64,000 nt of DNA, taken from Chrysomallon squamiferum. Its lineage: Eukaryota > Animalia > Mollusca. Position 1 is the stretch's first letter. Each line of letters opens with the position of its first letter. A program made the position numbers and the translations under genes. The stretch is from contig CM022671.1 in the NCBI GenBank assembly GCA_012295275.1, positions 23,002,001 through 23,066,000 on the forward strand. The letters are read 5' to 3'. Shown piece after piece: positions 30,941 to 45,649 of this stretch. Below the pieces are notes generated by a model, which did not search any database, was not told the origin of the DNA, and was given only the letters and a program-made list of their open reading frames with translations.

Positions 30941-30987
<47 letters not shown>

Positions 30988-32459
30988 CTTAACCTGGTTA
31001 ATAATAATGATGTAGGCCAGATTGTCGCTGCCATTTCGGCCATGTTGGAAAAGAATGCACCGCGGTTTTGTTTTGCACTACTAATTGTTGATTTACCAGT
31101 AGTCATCGTGGTGTTGGTTTGTTGTTCAGAGGTCGTTGACATTTTCAACACATATGCAGTAAATATGAATGTGTTTACGGACAAGCGATGATGGCCGTGA
31201 CACTTTAGACGTAGCTGTGACATGATTACAACGCAAATGATGTCACGTGTGTGATGTGTGTTCGCCGTGTCGAGTAAACAGAGCGCGAGCGAACATTACT
31301 TACTAAATAAGTATATACATTAACAGCATTAATGACCACTAGAGAGAGAGAGAGTAATGTTGTATTTTTATTATTTCTGTCTCACTTGCTGATTGCCTGC
31401 CAGTCTTCATTGATGCTCTTGGTCGACTGTAGGAAGACTCATAAAAATATTGTTTTATGGGATAAGCAGTAAGAGTAGCAGTTAGTATCCCTGCACAGAT
31501 GTCTTCTCATAGTGCCAAAAACAACAAAAACAAAAACAAAAAAAACAAAACAAAAACAAACAAACAACATCAATATCAAAACGTCAATAAACATTAATTG
31601 ATTAATTCAACTCATCTGTGTAAATATTTCAAAGATCTCTAAAACAATAAAATTTATGTGTTCTAAAGATTTTGCAGGTTTTTTTTTTCCTTTAAATAAA
31701 TATACATTTTAATAAATAAAAAAAATTAAAACATTACAAAACTGTTTGAATGAAATATTCTGTTAAATGTATTTGTGAACACATATTCATTGTAAACTAG
31801 TTGAGCTTTCTTGACGTTTTTAAAATACATTATCAAAGCCTTGTGATAAAAATAATGTTTTGCAGCATCTAGACACATGCTAGGGAAATAAACAAACGAA
31901 CAAGCAGTAGTACTACTAAAACAAAATAAAATGAAATGAAATAAACAGAAACCCACCCCCAAAATACGTTACTCTCTTTCTTATGCGTTTTTAATTTTTA
32001 TTTAAAAAAAAACAAAAAAAAACATCAAAAAAACATCAAAAAAGCAAACCAAAAACAAAAACGCAATCCTGCACCTGCATGCATCCTGCAGATTCCAGTT
32101 TTAAACGTAATGGAAACACGTGTTATTATTAAAACCTATGTATATTTTCTCAGCTGTATCTGAAAGTTTTAATTTAAACAAACTCAAACTAAATTTCCAA
32201 TTTACAGTACAAAGAAAACAAATTTTATTTTTATTGCGGCGATATATGTTTTGAAATTTAAACCAATAAAGTTAGGTAAGACCTTGTGCGACTTTAAATG
32301 TGTTTGCCATACGTATTTATCCTACATTTATGTTGAGCATTTTAATGAATATTCACAGCAATAAACCTCTGTTACATATCTCATTTCTACAGAAAACTAC
32401 GCATTAAGTTTTTTTTATAATCATCTCTTTATCAGAATTACTTCTATTAACAATTATAT

Positions 32460-32770
32460 ATTACTACTACGACTATATTACTACTACTACTACTATTACT
32501 ACTACTACTACTATTGGTACAAATACTACAATAAGAACTGCTATTACTACTACTATTACTATTACTACTACTACTACTGTTGGTACAAATACTACAATAA
32601 GAACTACTATTACTTCTATTTCTGTTACTACTATTACTACTATTACTACTACTACTACTACTACTACTACTATACTACTACTACTGCTACTACTATTCCT
32701 CTTACTACTGGTACAAATACTACTACAGGAACTACATCTTCTTCTGTTTCTGTTACTACTGGTGCTACCG
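32460..32770. repeat. (TAC)n-rich compound repeat with three embedded ggtacaaatactac units
   Basis: tggtacaaatactac occurs three times, separated by TAC/TAT tracts. Confidence 0.8.
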
Positions 32771-33457
32771 TAATAGGGATTCCAGAACCTTTTCTCTTTT
32801 AGAACATCTGATAACGAAATGAAGTGTCAACGATGTTTCCCTGTCAAATCTTGCTACTCGTCTTAAGTGTTTATCATCAGTCTCAGTTTTCGTATTCTGT
32901 CTCATGCTGGTTGTGAATTATCTAAAGAAAGCAGCAGCACGTAGATATGGTCTAGTCGACGTCTGTTTAACAAAAAAAAAAAAAATTAAAGTCTTAGTAT
33001 TTACGTGCGAATTAAGCGTAAAATTGAAAGACGTTTCCTGAAACGAAATTTTCATGCCAGTTTAAACCAAATGTGATGTTAATGTGGATAACCGACTCAT
33101 AAATTGGTTTGTCTCCCGCCTGTTATGTACGTCAGTTGTTAAACAACATTTCCAAAGATATTACACCGATACTTTAACTCCTTCAATCTTAATTAATGAG
33201 AGTAAGACTGGCACAGTCTTGTTATAAATTATATATATATAAAAACAAAAAAAACCCCAGCTAGAACATAACACTTAATTTGAAACAAATAGGAGTAGCT
33301 TATTACATCACTATCAAACATCATTAGAGGCAAAGATTGGTGTCGATCACAAATGAAACAGTTAGTTGAAAATATACTTTATATGTTTCTTCGTATCATC
33401 GAAAACGTCTTTTGGTAATAAAATTATAGTGGCTGCTTTTATACATATTTTTTTTTT

Positions 33458-33511
<54 letters not shown>

Positions 33512-35116
33512 TACATCTGTCACCTCCGCTGTGTCATAGTCTCAACGATCATTTAAGAAATGTTAATTAATTTACTTTAAAAAAACAAACACCAAAAAAA
33601 CATTTAAAAAAATCCGAAATGTCCACGAATTAATTCGAACACTATGGAGAACGACATTCGGTGCAATTAACCTTTTAAACTAGTTTCACGTCAGATAAAC
33701 GAGAAGTGCTACTTACTTATCATCAGAACAAGGTCAGGGCCGAAAAAAAAAATGTGTAGGAATGAATAATAAAGCGAGGTTTTCGTGATAATTCGCCACA
33801 TTGCCCAACCCCGCGCTCAGACACGACAAGCAGGAACTGAGAGTAAACAATTCGTCGCCATAATGGCGGCCACTGTTTATTGCGCTTCTCTCTGCCCAAT
33901 AAATAATGGAACTACTGTCATGGTGGATGGTGATATTTGTACACATTTCGCGGTATGTTTCAAATTAGGAATGTTCTGGAAATATTTATTTAATAGAAAG
34001 TAAAAACCTTAAGTGTTAAAAAAGATGCCAGATTATTACTTAACCATAAACAAGCGGCGTACAACATCTTTAGAAAATGGAAAGGGAGGTGGAGGGGTTA
34101 AAATAATTATTAAAAAAAATATATATAAAAAAAAAATACTAGACGAACAGGAACAAAAAGAATTATAACACAATAACAAGGCAGTTATATGTACCAGTGC
34201 AACAGATATTTTCTCTAAATAGCCGAGAACTGGACATAATTTTTAATAAGTTTTCTTCGTATTAATTGTTTAACCTTGTAACTAGAAAAAAAAAAGATAC
34301 AATATTCGTGCCAAAAAATGCCCATCGTTACTCTTCGGCTCCCCGGGCATTTTGCCATGAGAACTTCATCTAACCAGATTTACTGTCACTGGATGATGTT
34401 TCTCTCATCATTTTTTCTCATTAAAGTCTAAATTAGTGAAGTGCAGTTTTAGAAAGGTAAAAGTTTCTATTTGAGCATTTTATAGTTAAGGACGTGCTGT
34501 GTGTGTTAAATCCTAATAAATAACTAGTTTATTTTTACTATTTCTAATATATTATTTCTGCCACTTCGTTTACCATGACAACAACAAAACTAAAATTTCC
34601 CATATTAATTATACAACGACTGCTACCACTGTTACCCCTTCTGTTCTTGTTCCTGACACCTGTTTTCCTGACTACTGCTGTTACTGTTTTTCCTTACTTC
34701 ACTGCTCTACTACAATACTGCTGCTGCTGCTGCTACTACTGCTACTACTACTACTACTACTACTGATACAGTGCTATTACTACCACAATGATCAGCAGCA
34801 CTTAACAAGAATAGCACATCTCACATGTGATATTCATAACTACACACTCACAAATAACAACTCCACCACCTACAGTTGCAAAATCACTGTCCACTTACAT
34901 ATTAAATGTACGGTAATAAACTGCATAAACTAACCATTCTGATATTAAAAATAAATTTTAATAATAATGACCAAATTACGCACTAAAAAAAACCAGGAAT
35001 TTTTTCAAATTATTTACAAAATTAGCTTAGCATGTACAAAGAAATAAATTGTTTTAGACTCATTTAGCATTTTGTTAATGTCTTTTTTCGGTAGGATTTC
35101 CATCAGACCTACATAA

Positions 35117-35155
<39 letters not shown>

Positions 35156-35836
35156 GAAAAAAGTAAATAAATAAATTAAAAAAAAGTAAGTTCGTAAGTA
35201 ATGATGAAAATGATAAAATCGTGAATGTTTTCAATTCCAAACAGACCAGCATGTGGTATTACGTGTGGGTATGTGCAGAGCAGGTGGAAACGCCATTATC
35301 AATAGTTTAACTGCTTTGCACGAATTATCAGTTGTTCTAAATTTTGTCTTATGAGTCTGTGAGAGTCTCTCTGAAGTTTGGTGAAAACTAAGAAAGATCT
35401 GACTGAACATAAAAAGTACGAATAATTATTACGTGTGTGAAATCACTGGGTGTTTGAAAAAAATGGCACCGGAAAAAAATGGCTTCCGGAAGAATTGGCT
35501 CTGTGCAGATTTTTTTTTTATTGCTTATTAACATTTAGTTATTGGTAGCAGGTGAAGGCTACACCCACGTAATAATATATGTGTGTGTGTGTATGTATAT
35601 TTGCATATTTGCATATGTGCATATGTGCATATGTGTGTCCACACATCATTTTGGAGGATATTTTAACTGGTATGCGTACTGACATTAAGTACACCTGTAT
35701 GAACATGTCTGTATGTACGAATGTATTCATGCATCTATGTACGCATGCAAGAATACATATATGTATGTATAGATATGTATGTATATTCACACATTCATAC
35801 ATACATATCTATACATACATACATACATATATGTAT

Positions 35837-36106
35837 AAATAAGTTTAAATGTTTTTGATGGATCCCTCATGCTCTCTTTCAGGCAATAAGTAAATCAAAT
35901 TAGATTCTCCGCTGAAATCGCAGACTTTTATTTGTTCGGGACCTGGAAAACATGGCACTCGGAAGAAATGGCACTATGCAAATTTGGAAAAAAATTGCAC
36001 CTCAATTTTATTCCTTCTGTATAGTTGCTTTAAAAAAAAACCTATAACATGTTTAGAGATTCCAGACACACCCACACACATCCACATTGTTTGTGTGTGT
36101 GTGTTG

Positions 36107-36164
<58 letters not shown>

Positions 36165-36304
36165 TTCTTCCGGGTGCCATGTTTTCCAGGTGCCATCTTT
36201 TCCGTACAAATAAAAATCTGCGATTTCAGCGGAGAATCTAATTTGATTTATTTATTGCCTGAACGAGAGCACGAGGGATCCATCAAACACATTTATACTT
36301 ATTT
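35837..36304. mobile_element. Long inverted repeat (foldback/MITE-like non-autonomous element)
   Basis: Arm 35837-35974 is the near reverse complement of 36159-36304 (e.g. aaatcaaattagattctccgctgaaatcgcaga vs tctgcgatttcagcggagaatctaatttgattt). The spacer of ~185 nt contains (TG)n. Confidence 0.75.
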
Positions 36305-39300
36305 CTGATACGCACTTCAAAATGCAATTTTGTACCAAAGTAATTGCGCATTGAAATTACGAAACACTAAAAATCATAAATTTGACATCAAGCCATGACA
36401 AACAAAATCCCATTTAAGCAAGGTATGTTTGCAATATTCTACAAGGAGACATGAAAAGCCCCAAATGTGCGGGAGCAGTTAGTGCAGTAAAATTTCCAAA
36501 ATGCCAATAAAAATATCGCACACGATTCAGTCCTGGACTCATCCTGGTCTCTCACTGATTGGCGTGTAGGCAAAGGGCGTAAGTTGTACACGTGTTAGCG
36601 AGTGCTTTTTTTTTGTCTTCAGAGAGCTGTAGCGTTCAAGCGAAATAAAGCTCTCTTTGAGGATGCCCCATGGTGTTAATAGACGCTTTTCGCTAAATAT
36701 CAGCACTCAAGATTCATCAGAAACTGTAGTATATTTTACATTCGGGGGCCTTTTCTAGGTGATTTTTTTAAACACGTTTTTTTTTTTTTTTTGTGTTTTT
36801 TTTATATATGTCTCTCACTATATGTGTAAATGGGTGTGTGCGCACGCGCCCGCTGGTATTATGAGCACATACCAGGTTTAAAGATTCGTCTTATTACTAA
36901 AGGCCATCATTGGCAGCTTTTTACCAAAAAACCCATATAGAATGGACTAAAAATGAATATAATATAAAATAAAATAGAATATTGAAAATGCAGTTGTATT
37001 CAAGGTATATGATACATTTGAATACAGTTTGAACATGCAGTGATTTTACTGGCAGTTTGTCATATCAGTTCACCTCAGGTTTTTGTGTCAGACACTATCA
37101 CCTGTATTACAGTTTTTCTTTATAAGAAGGAAACTCTTGTTCACGATTAATGTTTTAACTGACAAAATAATCCGCATTACTTCTTTTTTTAATATTACAT
37201 GATTACGACTTGTCGGCACACCTGCATTACTTCTGAAGTGAAAATGATTATAACATAAAGCTCTTTTTTTTTTTTGTATGAGTCAACCTTTCCTGATAAG
37301 CCTTTAGTCACTGGATCAGTCATCATCGAAAAATTCACTTTGCAGTTATTTCTAAATATTGTAAAAGTAATTTAATTTAGAAGCCAGATGCTTCTAAAAA
37401 GCTTAACGTTTAATAATTTAGACTCCCGTCCTTTTCCCAATTCAAGAATCATCAGTTTGTTTTAAAGGTTGATGTCAAACCGTATCAAACAGTCTAAGTA
37501 ATGTAATTTTGAAAGGAACTGGAAATAGCCATGAAGTAGAGCACAGACTGCACAGGCCATTGGTTCAAATATCTTATGAGTGCTCAGTGGGCTTTTTCAG
37601 ATTCCATAATATTATAATAATATATGTCCAGGAACCATTAAACAATTTTCGTTTATTCATATTCAGTAATATCATGAATAACCTACTTCGTGTTGATTTC
37701 TCTTTGTTCCAGACACAGACGTCTGTTTGTTACATTAGATTTGCTTCACTTGGAAGCTAAAGATGAGGTTAAAGATTTGCGTTTTATTCGTTCTGATCGA
37801 TCAGGTCTAGGATCTCCTGAAACTGTGTTAAACGGCGAAAGCTTCTTTTACAGTGTTACACCGTTCTTGGAAGTTAATTGAAAAAAAAACCCACAAAAAA
37901 ACCGCAAAGAACCCGCGCCACCGGCCAAGTTCAATTAACACACAAACACACACGCACTGATACAAGATGATGTTAACGTGTACCTCACATTCATGAATTC
38001 GAATATGTAGGTTATCCTGACATTTATGACGAGCCTCGTCTAGCGGACGCCAAAACTCATTGCAATTCCCAGCATGCCCCGTTTCCTTTATCGGACATGC
38101 CGAACACATGCTCAGTCTGATAAACAGGGTCATTTACAATAAAGAACACAGAAACAGGTGTTTTCATAATTTTGGCAACTTTTCTCTACCGAGTCGTTTT
38201 AAATTTTATGTAGATAATGATAGCGTTCGGTGATCCACAGAATGCACTAAATCAGTGTTTATTATTGTTATTATCTTCATATTTATTTAACTGAAGAAGG
38301 TTCGTGAGCATAGACACGTTATCTCAAGGGAGGTTTAACATTTATCAAGACCTTGACAGATCGTAAAATATATAAATCAATTACATTTCCGTATTAAATA
38401 CACTTCATTATTAACTGACAGAATGCTTGAGCACATTTTTTTTCTTCATCTTTTCAAATGTTTTTTTTTTTTTTTTTTTTTTTTACTTAATACTGCCCTA
38501 ACGTATTTTCGTTTCAGCGGGAAGTAAAATAGTAACAGAAAGTCTTACCTAGTTTTGCATTCTAGCATATAACATATTACTGGTACGAAATACTTGTTTT
38601 ATATTTAAAAAAATATTATTGTTATTTTTCACACTGTTAATTATACGATAAAATATTTATGTATAAGATGTTTTGTTAAGATGTTTAGTGTTAAAATACG
38701 TATCAATTATTTGCAATAACTTTTCCTTCATTCTAAATATATATTTATAAAACAACAACAACAACAGAAACAATAATAATAACAACGGTAATAATAATAA
38801 TAATAATAATAATCATAAGAAGAAGAAGAAGAAGAAGGAGAAGGAGAAGGAGGAGAAGAAGAAGAAGAAGGAGGAGGAGGAGGAGAAGGAGAAGGAGAAA
38901 ATTTAAAAAGCATTTTCTATAAAGGGCCTCACCCACCCTACGTATATCGGGTTTTACGAGGGTCAGCATTTACATTATCAGTGTCTAAATTCGGGTTTTA
39001 ATGTTAAAGGTTAAGGAGTGAAATGATTCGCACTACTAAGAGGCAGTGCAAAGGCAACATTGAATTAACAAGATAAAGATAAGACGAAGGTATATAAATC
39101 ATGTCGTATTTGTACAGCTGGTTAGGAACAAATTACTGTGTAATATCTAAACTGCGATTTTGCGAAAGATTCAAAGATGGCGGCGTGGCCATGTCAAAGC
39201 TACGAAAGATACACGACCAAGTGCTAAGTATTTTTCACGCATGGGATCACTGCAGGTGAAGCCGTGACGTGACGTCTTGGGATCGATTTCGCGAATTCCG

Positions 39301-39618
39301 AGTTGTCAGCCCTGGTTAATTCAAATTTCAAACTTTCTGAAAACAGGAGTTATTAAATAACATTCATCTATCGACGTACTGACTTAACGAATTATAGAGA
39401 TGTGCTGTCTGTCTAATCATATTTCATATTATACCGAAATAGATTTCATTTTGCAAGGAATGTTGTATATTTATTTTCTGAAATTCTGTATAGTATTTCC
39501 GAAGTTTGCCAATAGTTTGTGATCAACAATCCGGAATGATGTACTATATTAATAAGTAATCTGTGTACTAGAAATAAAGTAATCATATATATATATATAT
39601 ATAATAAAAAATAATAAT

Positions 39619-39651
<33 letters not shown>

Positions 39652-41143
39652 ACAAAAATTAATTAATCTTTATATATATATATATATATATAAAAAAATG
39701 TTTTGGATTGCTTGACTACAACTTTAACTTTTTTAAATTTATATATATATATATAATATTAAGTACAAAATCTAGTTAAGTAAAGAGTGGTCCTTTACTT
39801 TAATTTTTATTTTGAATAGTTAAACAAATATAACAGAAGACAGAAGATAAATGGCAATATTGTTTTATAATGAATATCATATGCTAAACACATGAACATG
39901 ACTATCACATCAGACATATCTCTTTAGCTCAATAATACTCCTTTGGGACATCCTTTACGTAATTGCTCTTTTTTTTTTTTTTTTTTTTTTTCTCTTTTTT
40001 CACAGCATGCCCACTTTCTTTTAATAGAGCCAACTTAAAGTGTCTTTTACACTTTTACGGTTTCCTTTTAATAGCTAGATGTTTAGGCAACCTTTTAACA
40101 AATGTTTCCTCACCCATTAATCTTGTCTATTTCAGTCACTTTTGTACCGCGTTTCAAACCTTGTCTGTCTAGTGGGAGAAAAACCGCAGCTGTCGATTTT
40201 CGAACAAAGTAGATTTTCAGACGATAGACTTTGACTGGCAGGAAACTGACAGCGCCGCGCACCGTAACACTCCAGACGGCAGACGCATGCGTAACACACC
40301 AATGGGCACGTGCATGCCATGGCGTGAATTAAAATTACATTTCTTCTGCCGGGTTTTTGTCTCAGGTGATGGCGTTCTACATACATTAATTTCGGGTTCT
40401 TGTAATGATGGATGAGCAAAATATGTTGTATTATATATATACTCCCGCAACCGTACGAGTATAATCTATTTGGTAATGAATCAACAAAATGTATGAAACT
40501 ATTTCATATAAGCTTTGAAGCATTTCGTTTCCACGAGGAGACAAGATATAAGTTACAACAAGTGTGTGAAAACAAGTTTATGCAGGGTCGAGTCCAGATT
40601 TTCAGAAAAAACGGAAGATGCTGTCATCGTTGTCGGTTATAATTTTTCAGATAAAATGTTTTTAGTATAAAGAAAATAATAATATCAGGTGTCTGAGCGT
40701 TTAATCGTTGCATAGGGAGTTATCTCCCTCTTACATCTGTTATAACGGTTTCAAAAATAGAAGAAAAAAAAGAAAAAAAAAATAAGAATAAGAAAAAGAC
40801 GAAAACAATAACTAATAAATTTCCGTTTGTATATTTTATAAATTAATAGACTTACGGTTTGATGTTAACATTTTATTTAACATCAGTAAATATGAACCTG
40901 GGATCCTTGCCGAAATGGTGGTTAAAAAGCCAATGAAAGATCTTTCAACGAAATGTAGAAATACTATTTGGACTTACAACAAAATCAATATATCCATGTA
41001 TATAGTTTTTTTAAAACACGACTGAAGGTAATACCTGTTTAACTTTTTTCTTTCTTTTCTTTTTTGTTTACGTAAATTGCACAGCTGACTTAGCAACAGT
41101 TAACTTGAAGTACAAATTGAAAACGCATACTAGATCTCTTATT

Positions 41144-41190
<47 letters not shown>

Positions 41191-41860
41191 AAAACTAAGA
41201 GAGAGAGAGAAACTACAAAAAAAAACCCAAATGGAAAATAAATTAAAAAACAAAACAAATACAACACGCAATGATTTTTGCAAGTAGTTTGTAGAAAAAA
41301 GAAAAAGAAAAAATAACCCAGTTCAGTAATGGTTCAAGAAATACAAGTTATGTATCTTTTTTTTCACTCAGATAGGTTTTTTTTTTCTCTCTCTCTCTCA
41401 CCTTCGATATATTTTTCGCGGGGTGTATGATGTATCTACGTACTTAGTGTTTTGACACGACAGGCAAAGAGATGCGATAAGATAGGCAACGTAAACACAT
41501 CACGTCAAAATGGGGAAACGATCGCCAATATCTCGGCCTTTGCGGAACCGAACGATTGCGTTCCTCTCTGGGTGATGAAGTGAAGAAGAAAACAATATGA
41601 CGCGGCGCTTCTACAGTTCTGACACAACAAGTGTTGAAGTTACATGCACGAGACGCGTGCGTGTGTGTGCGCGTTCTTTGTATGTTTGTGTATGAGAGTG
41701 AATTTGTGCGTATAGTTATGAAAGTTGTGTAGTGTGAGCTTCTGAATTTCTGATTCAAACCATCCGTCTGAATACGTGTCTGTTTCTAAGTCGTTAAGAA
41801 TATATTTGAAGATGTTTTATCGATTTTTAAATAGCTATATTAGTAATGGAAGAGATAGAA

Positions 41861-41916
<56 letters not shown>

Positions 41917-41921
41917 AAGAT

Positions 41922-42000
<79 letters not shown>

Positions 42001-42549
42001 CAAGGAAATATAAATAGTTAATAAACAGAATAAATAAAAAATTAAAAGAATATCAAATAGAAAAAAAAAATAATAATAATTTTACCCTTCCATTTTTATT
42101 CTCTTTTAAAGTGGCTCTCTAGATATTACAACACGAGAGAAAAAAAAAAAAAAGCATAAAAAATAAGGAAATAAAAAAAAAAAAAAGATAACCGTCTGAC
42201 TCCGAGGGGGTCTTGTGAGCAGCATAAAACACCATAAAATCATACACAATTCGTACACGACCGAGTTCGCGATCTCTGCGTACGCGTAACCATCTGCCAT
42301 AAATTCAAGTAATTTACTCATAATTTGATCTGGTAGACAGACCCACTTTTCCTTATGCATTAACAACCTACTTTATCCAGCCTAAACACGTGGCAGCTCC
42401 TGAAGTTTCGTTATTTTATTTTTTATATTTCCAACAGGCGCGCATTGCCGAATAAACAGATCATTTTCTCAGTATTAGAATTTCACGTGTGGGGTCGGTC
42501 GACAGAGGCCGGCTTATTTGTGATACGAAGACATTAGGGAATGATTACA

Positions 42550-42580
<31 letters not shown>

Positions 42581-43719
42581 GACAGGTGAATTTAACGTCA
42601 TTAAAAGTCTAAAGCATGATTTGCCAATAAGAGAAGATCCACCAAAAGGCACAGAGAATGCTGTGAGAGTATTAACCTGATTATTTAGAAGGTTAATGAC
42701 AGAAATTATATTTCATGAGTGTGATTAGTTTTGTTTTTTTTTTTTTTTTGGGGGGGTGGGGTTCTTTTCTAGACTAGTAAACTGTATTAGAGATAAAATA
42801 GGCGAATTTAGAAAGTATACTGCTGTAGTAATCTCGATTCCTTCTTTATTCCGAAGGAAAAAAGAAAAGAACGAAAGAAAAAGACAGAGTTAAAACTGGA
42901 ATAATAAATAAATTTATAAATAAATAAATAAATAAATAAAAATAAGTTTAAAAATAGTAAAATACAATATATAATAGTTAATTAAAAAAGATTTTAACTA
43001 CAACGACGGCGACGACAGTGATGATAATGAAAATAAATATAATAATAGTTTTGGACATTACTACAAGATGATATTACTGTGTTAAGAAAACTAAAAAACT
43101 AAACGGTCGACAGTAAAATATGGGTGGTATTTTACACAGACATACTCTGTGGTATCAAAATACACGTATATCCATAACAAGCGCTATTGAATACTGGCTC
43201 ATTTCATTATTTTACTTCTTTATATTTATTTTTCTTTTTATTTATTATTTTTTTTTTTTTTATTCTTTCGGAATTTGATGTTATCTATTTTCAGAATTTA
43301 CTAACAGAAAAAAAAACAGAGAAATATTATTACAAGGCTTTCGAATACCGAATATAAACTTTGTCATCCACTTGAAAACACAATAAAAGAAATATTTCGT
43401 ACTTGTTCAAATTCCATTGTCGGGTGGGTCTGTGTTAACTAAGAATAAACACATATTAATTTTAGACCTACTTTTGAGGACCGCACCCTTTGTGGTATGT
43501 TTAAGTATGTCATAAAATCGGTGAACAAGGCAGGGAAGAGATGTCAACCATTACTTTATGAACTGTTGTTACCGGGAAAGTTATGTGAAATGTTAATATA
43601 ATAGGGTGGATTCCTACCATGCATGTATGTAGTTCATGGACATTTTATTATGGTATGTCTGACTGATGACAAGAATGTGACGTCTGAATTCAAGAACATA
43701 TAAATGTATTTAGAATGCG

Positions 43720-43723
43720 TAAT

Positions 43724-43821
<98 letters not shown>

Positions 43822-43870
43822 TAATAAATAAAAAAAAATAAAAATAAAAATAAAAATAAAAAATAAATAA
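43720..43870. repeat. (AAT)n microsatellite
   Basis: Long aat run; similar runs occur near 225-285, 3015-3145, 18050-18125, 33460-33510, 46455-46503, 58040-58090 and 59010-59077. Confidence 0.95.
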
Positions 43871-44744
43871 ATAAGGCTATCCTTACAGATAAACTTAGTA
43901 CAGAAGGGTCACTCAAATGTTTAATATTAAATATTGTCTGAAACAATGAGTGTATGGTCTAATGCTCTATGTGAATTATGCCCGTGGTGATTCTCCCTGC
44001 GTTGTATTTGGCTTATCAAAGTGACTAGCATCTCATCTGGTTTTAAGACATAATAAAAAGGTAAACTGATACAATAAACAATCCTGTGTTCATGATAACC
44101 CCCTCAAAGTTATTACAAAAACACAGCGGCAATGCTTCCTTTATATTTTTCCAACAGGTATGAAACCAGAAAAGATGTTACCCTAAAATTTGACAACGTT
44201 CATTGTCACTGGCATTACCTTTTATTGTCTCGTGATTTTCATCTTGAAGAACAGTAACATTATTACTTTGCACAAGTTTCATGGTCCTGATATGGTGATG
44301 GTAATTAATATTAAAGGCTATTTTCGAAACCAAGCTGTTAATTGTTACAATATTCAAATTTTAGTTCTGAACATACAAGTATACGACTTCCTGCGCTGCT
44401 TCTGTTTTAGTAGTTATAACAAATGGGTACAAGAAACATTTTTCATTAGAGAGAAAAGAGTTAATCTGCAGCTACGTAGGAAATGTGGAAACAACAGGTA
44501 ATAAATATTTCCCGTGTTTCTTCTTGCTTGTTTTCTGATTTATGAGATACTGTGCTACTTCATTTTATCGTCGATCAGCAAGATTGTTTATTTATGTTGG
44601 CGATATCTTGCAAACACAGAAGACCTTCAGCCTCGCTTCGTAGCTCGCTTTACAGCTTTTGAATGAATTGTTTTCAACCGCATATCAAAACATTTTTATA
44701 CTGAGAGTTATAAGCATCAGACATTGGCTGTAACATTAATGTGT

Positions 44745-44970
44745 GAGAGAGAAAACTACCTCCCGTCACTCCATGGGTTACCTTTGTCATATTTTCTACT
44801 CCCTTCGTAACGAATGACGGATATTCTTAACGGAAATTAGATATTAAATCACAGCTTTTTAGTTAATGATTTCTACTGGTATGGATTAGCAGTAAGGAAT
44901 GTTTTTATATACCCTCCCATACACAGGAAGCATATATTACAGCGTTTGATAAACCAAGTTGTTGGTCGTT
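44745..44970. mobile_element. Degraded SINE-like dispersed repeat fragment (related pieces near 10115-10210 and, inverted, 60380-60490)
   Basis: attagcagtaaggaatgtttttatataccctcccatacacagga resembles taatagcaaggaaacgtttatatgcgtcttcc (~10120). The 60420-60485 tract ttctcgttccaaccagt...atcaaaggctatagt resembles the reverse complement. The family assignment is from recollection of gastropod repeats only. Confidence 0.35.
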
Positions 44971-45529
44971 GATTATTCACTTATAATAGAAGCGGCTGTA
45001 TTTAATATCCTCTTCCTCTTTTTTTTTTATTATTACTCCTGTTGTTGCTCTTTTCATAACTACCACTACTGGTACTACCAGTGCTGCTGCTGCTGCTGCT
45101 GCTACTACTACTACAACTATTACTACTACAACTACTACTACTACTATTATTTATTATTATTAGTAGTAGTAGTATTATTACAGTTATTGTTATCAACTTA
45201 TTTTTAATCATATTTCGAGTAACAACCAATTCTCTCACTGGAGATTCATCTTTAGATAGCCTAGAAACAATAAGGTGAATCAGATATAACATCTCACAGA
45301 AATAGATAGGATTTGCGTCAGATGATGATGCACCTGTTCATGCACCTGTCCTGCCTGGTTATTCACCTTTTTAAACTATGATTTGATTTTTTTGTTTAAC
45401 GTTTGTGTTGAATATACTTCAGTATCGGTATTAATTCAAAACTCTTATAACGTAACAAAAAAAAGCAGCAGCAATTATTATTATCTTTTTCAGATTGTAT
45501 TAAAAAAAACGATTATTATCATCTTTCAG

Positions 45530-45649
45530 ATTGTGACGATGTCTACCAAGGTGGAGGAATGAGATTCAAGGGAGAGTACATTTTCCTGATAAAACCAGAT
45601 GGCGCTCCAGAACCTTTCAGAGCTGCCTGCAAAGTGTACAACGGTTCTG
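45530..45649 (+). CDS. FReD protein coding exon 2 (start of FBG domain)
   Basis: Acceptor ctttcag| at 45529, donor G|GTAAGT at 45650; 120 nt, phase 1-1. Translates (H)CDDVYQGGGMRFKGEYIFLIKPDGAPEPFRAACKVYNGS(G), the typical FBG start C...IKP...PF..C. Confidence 0.9.
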
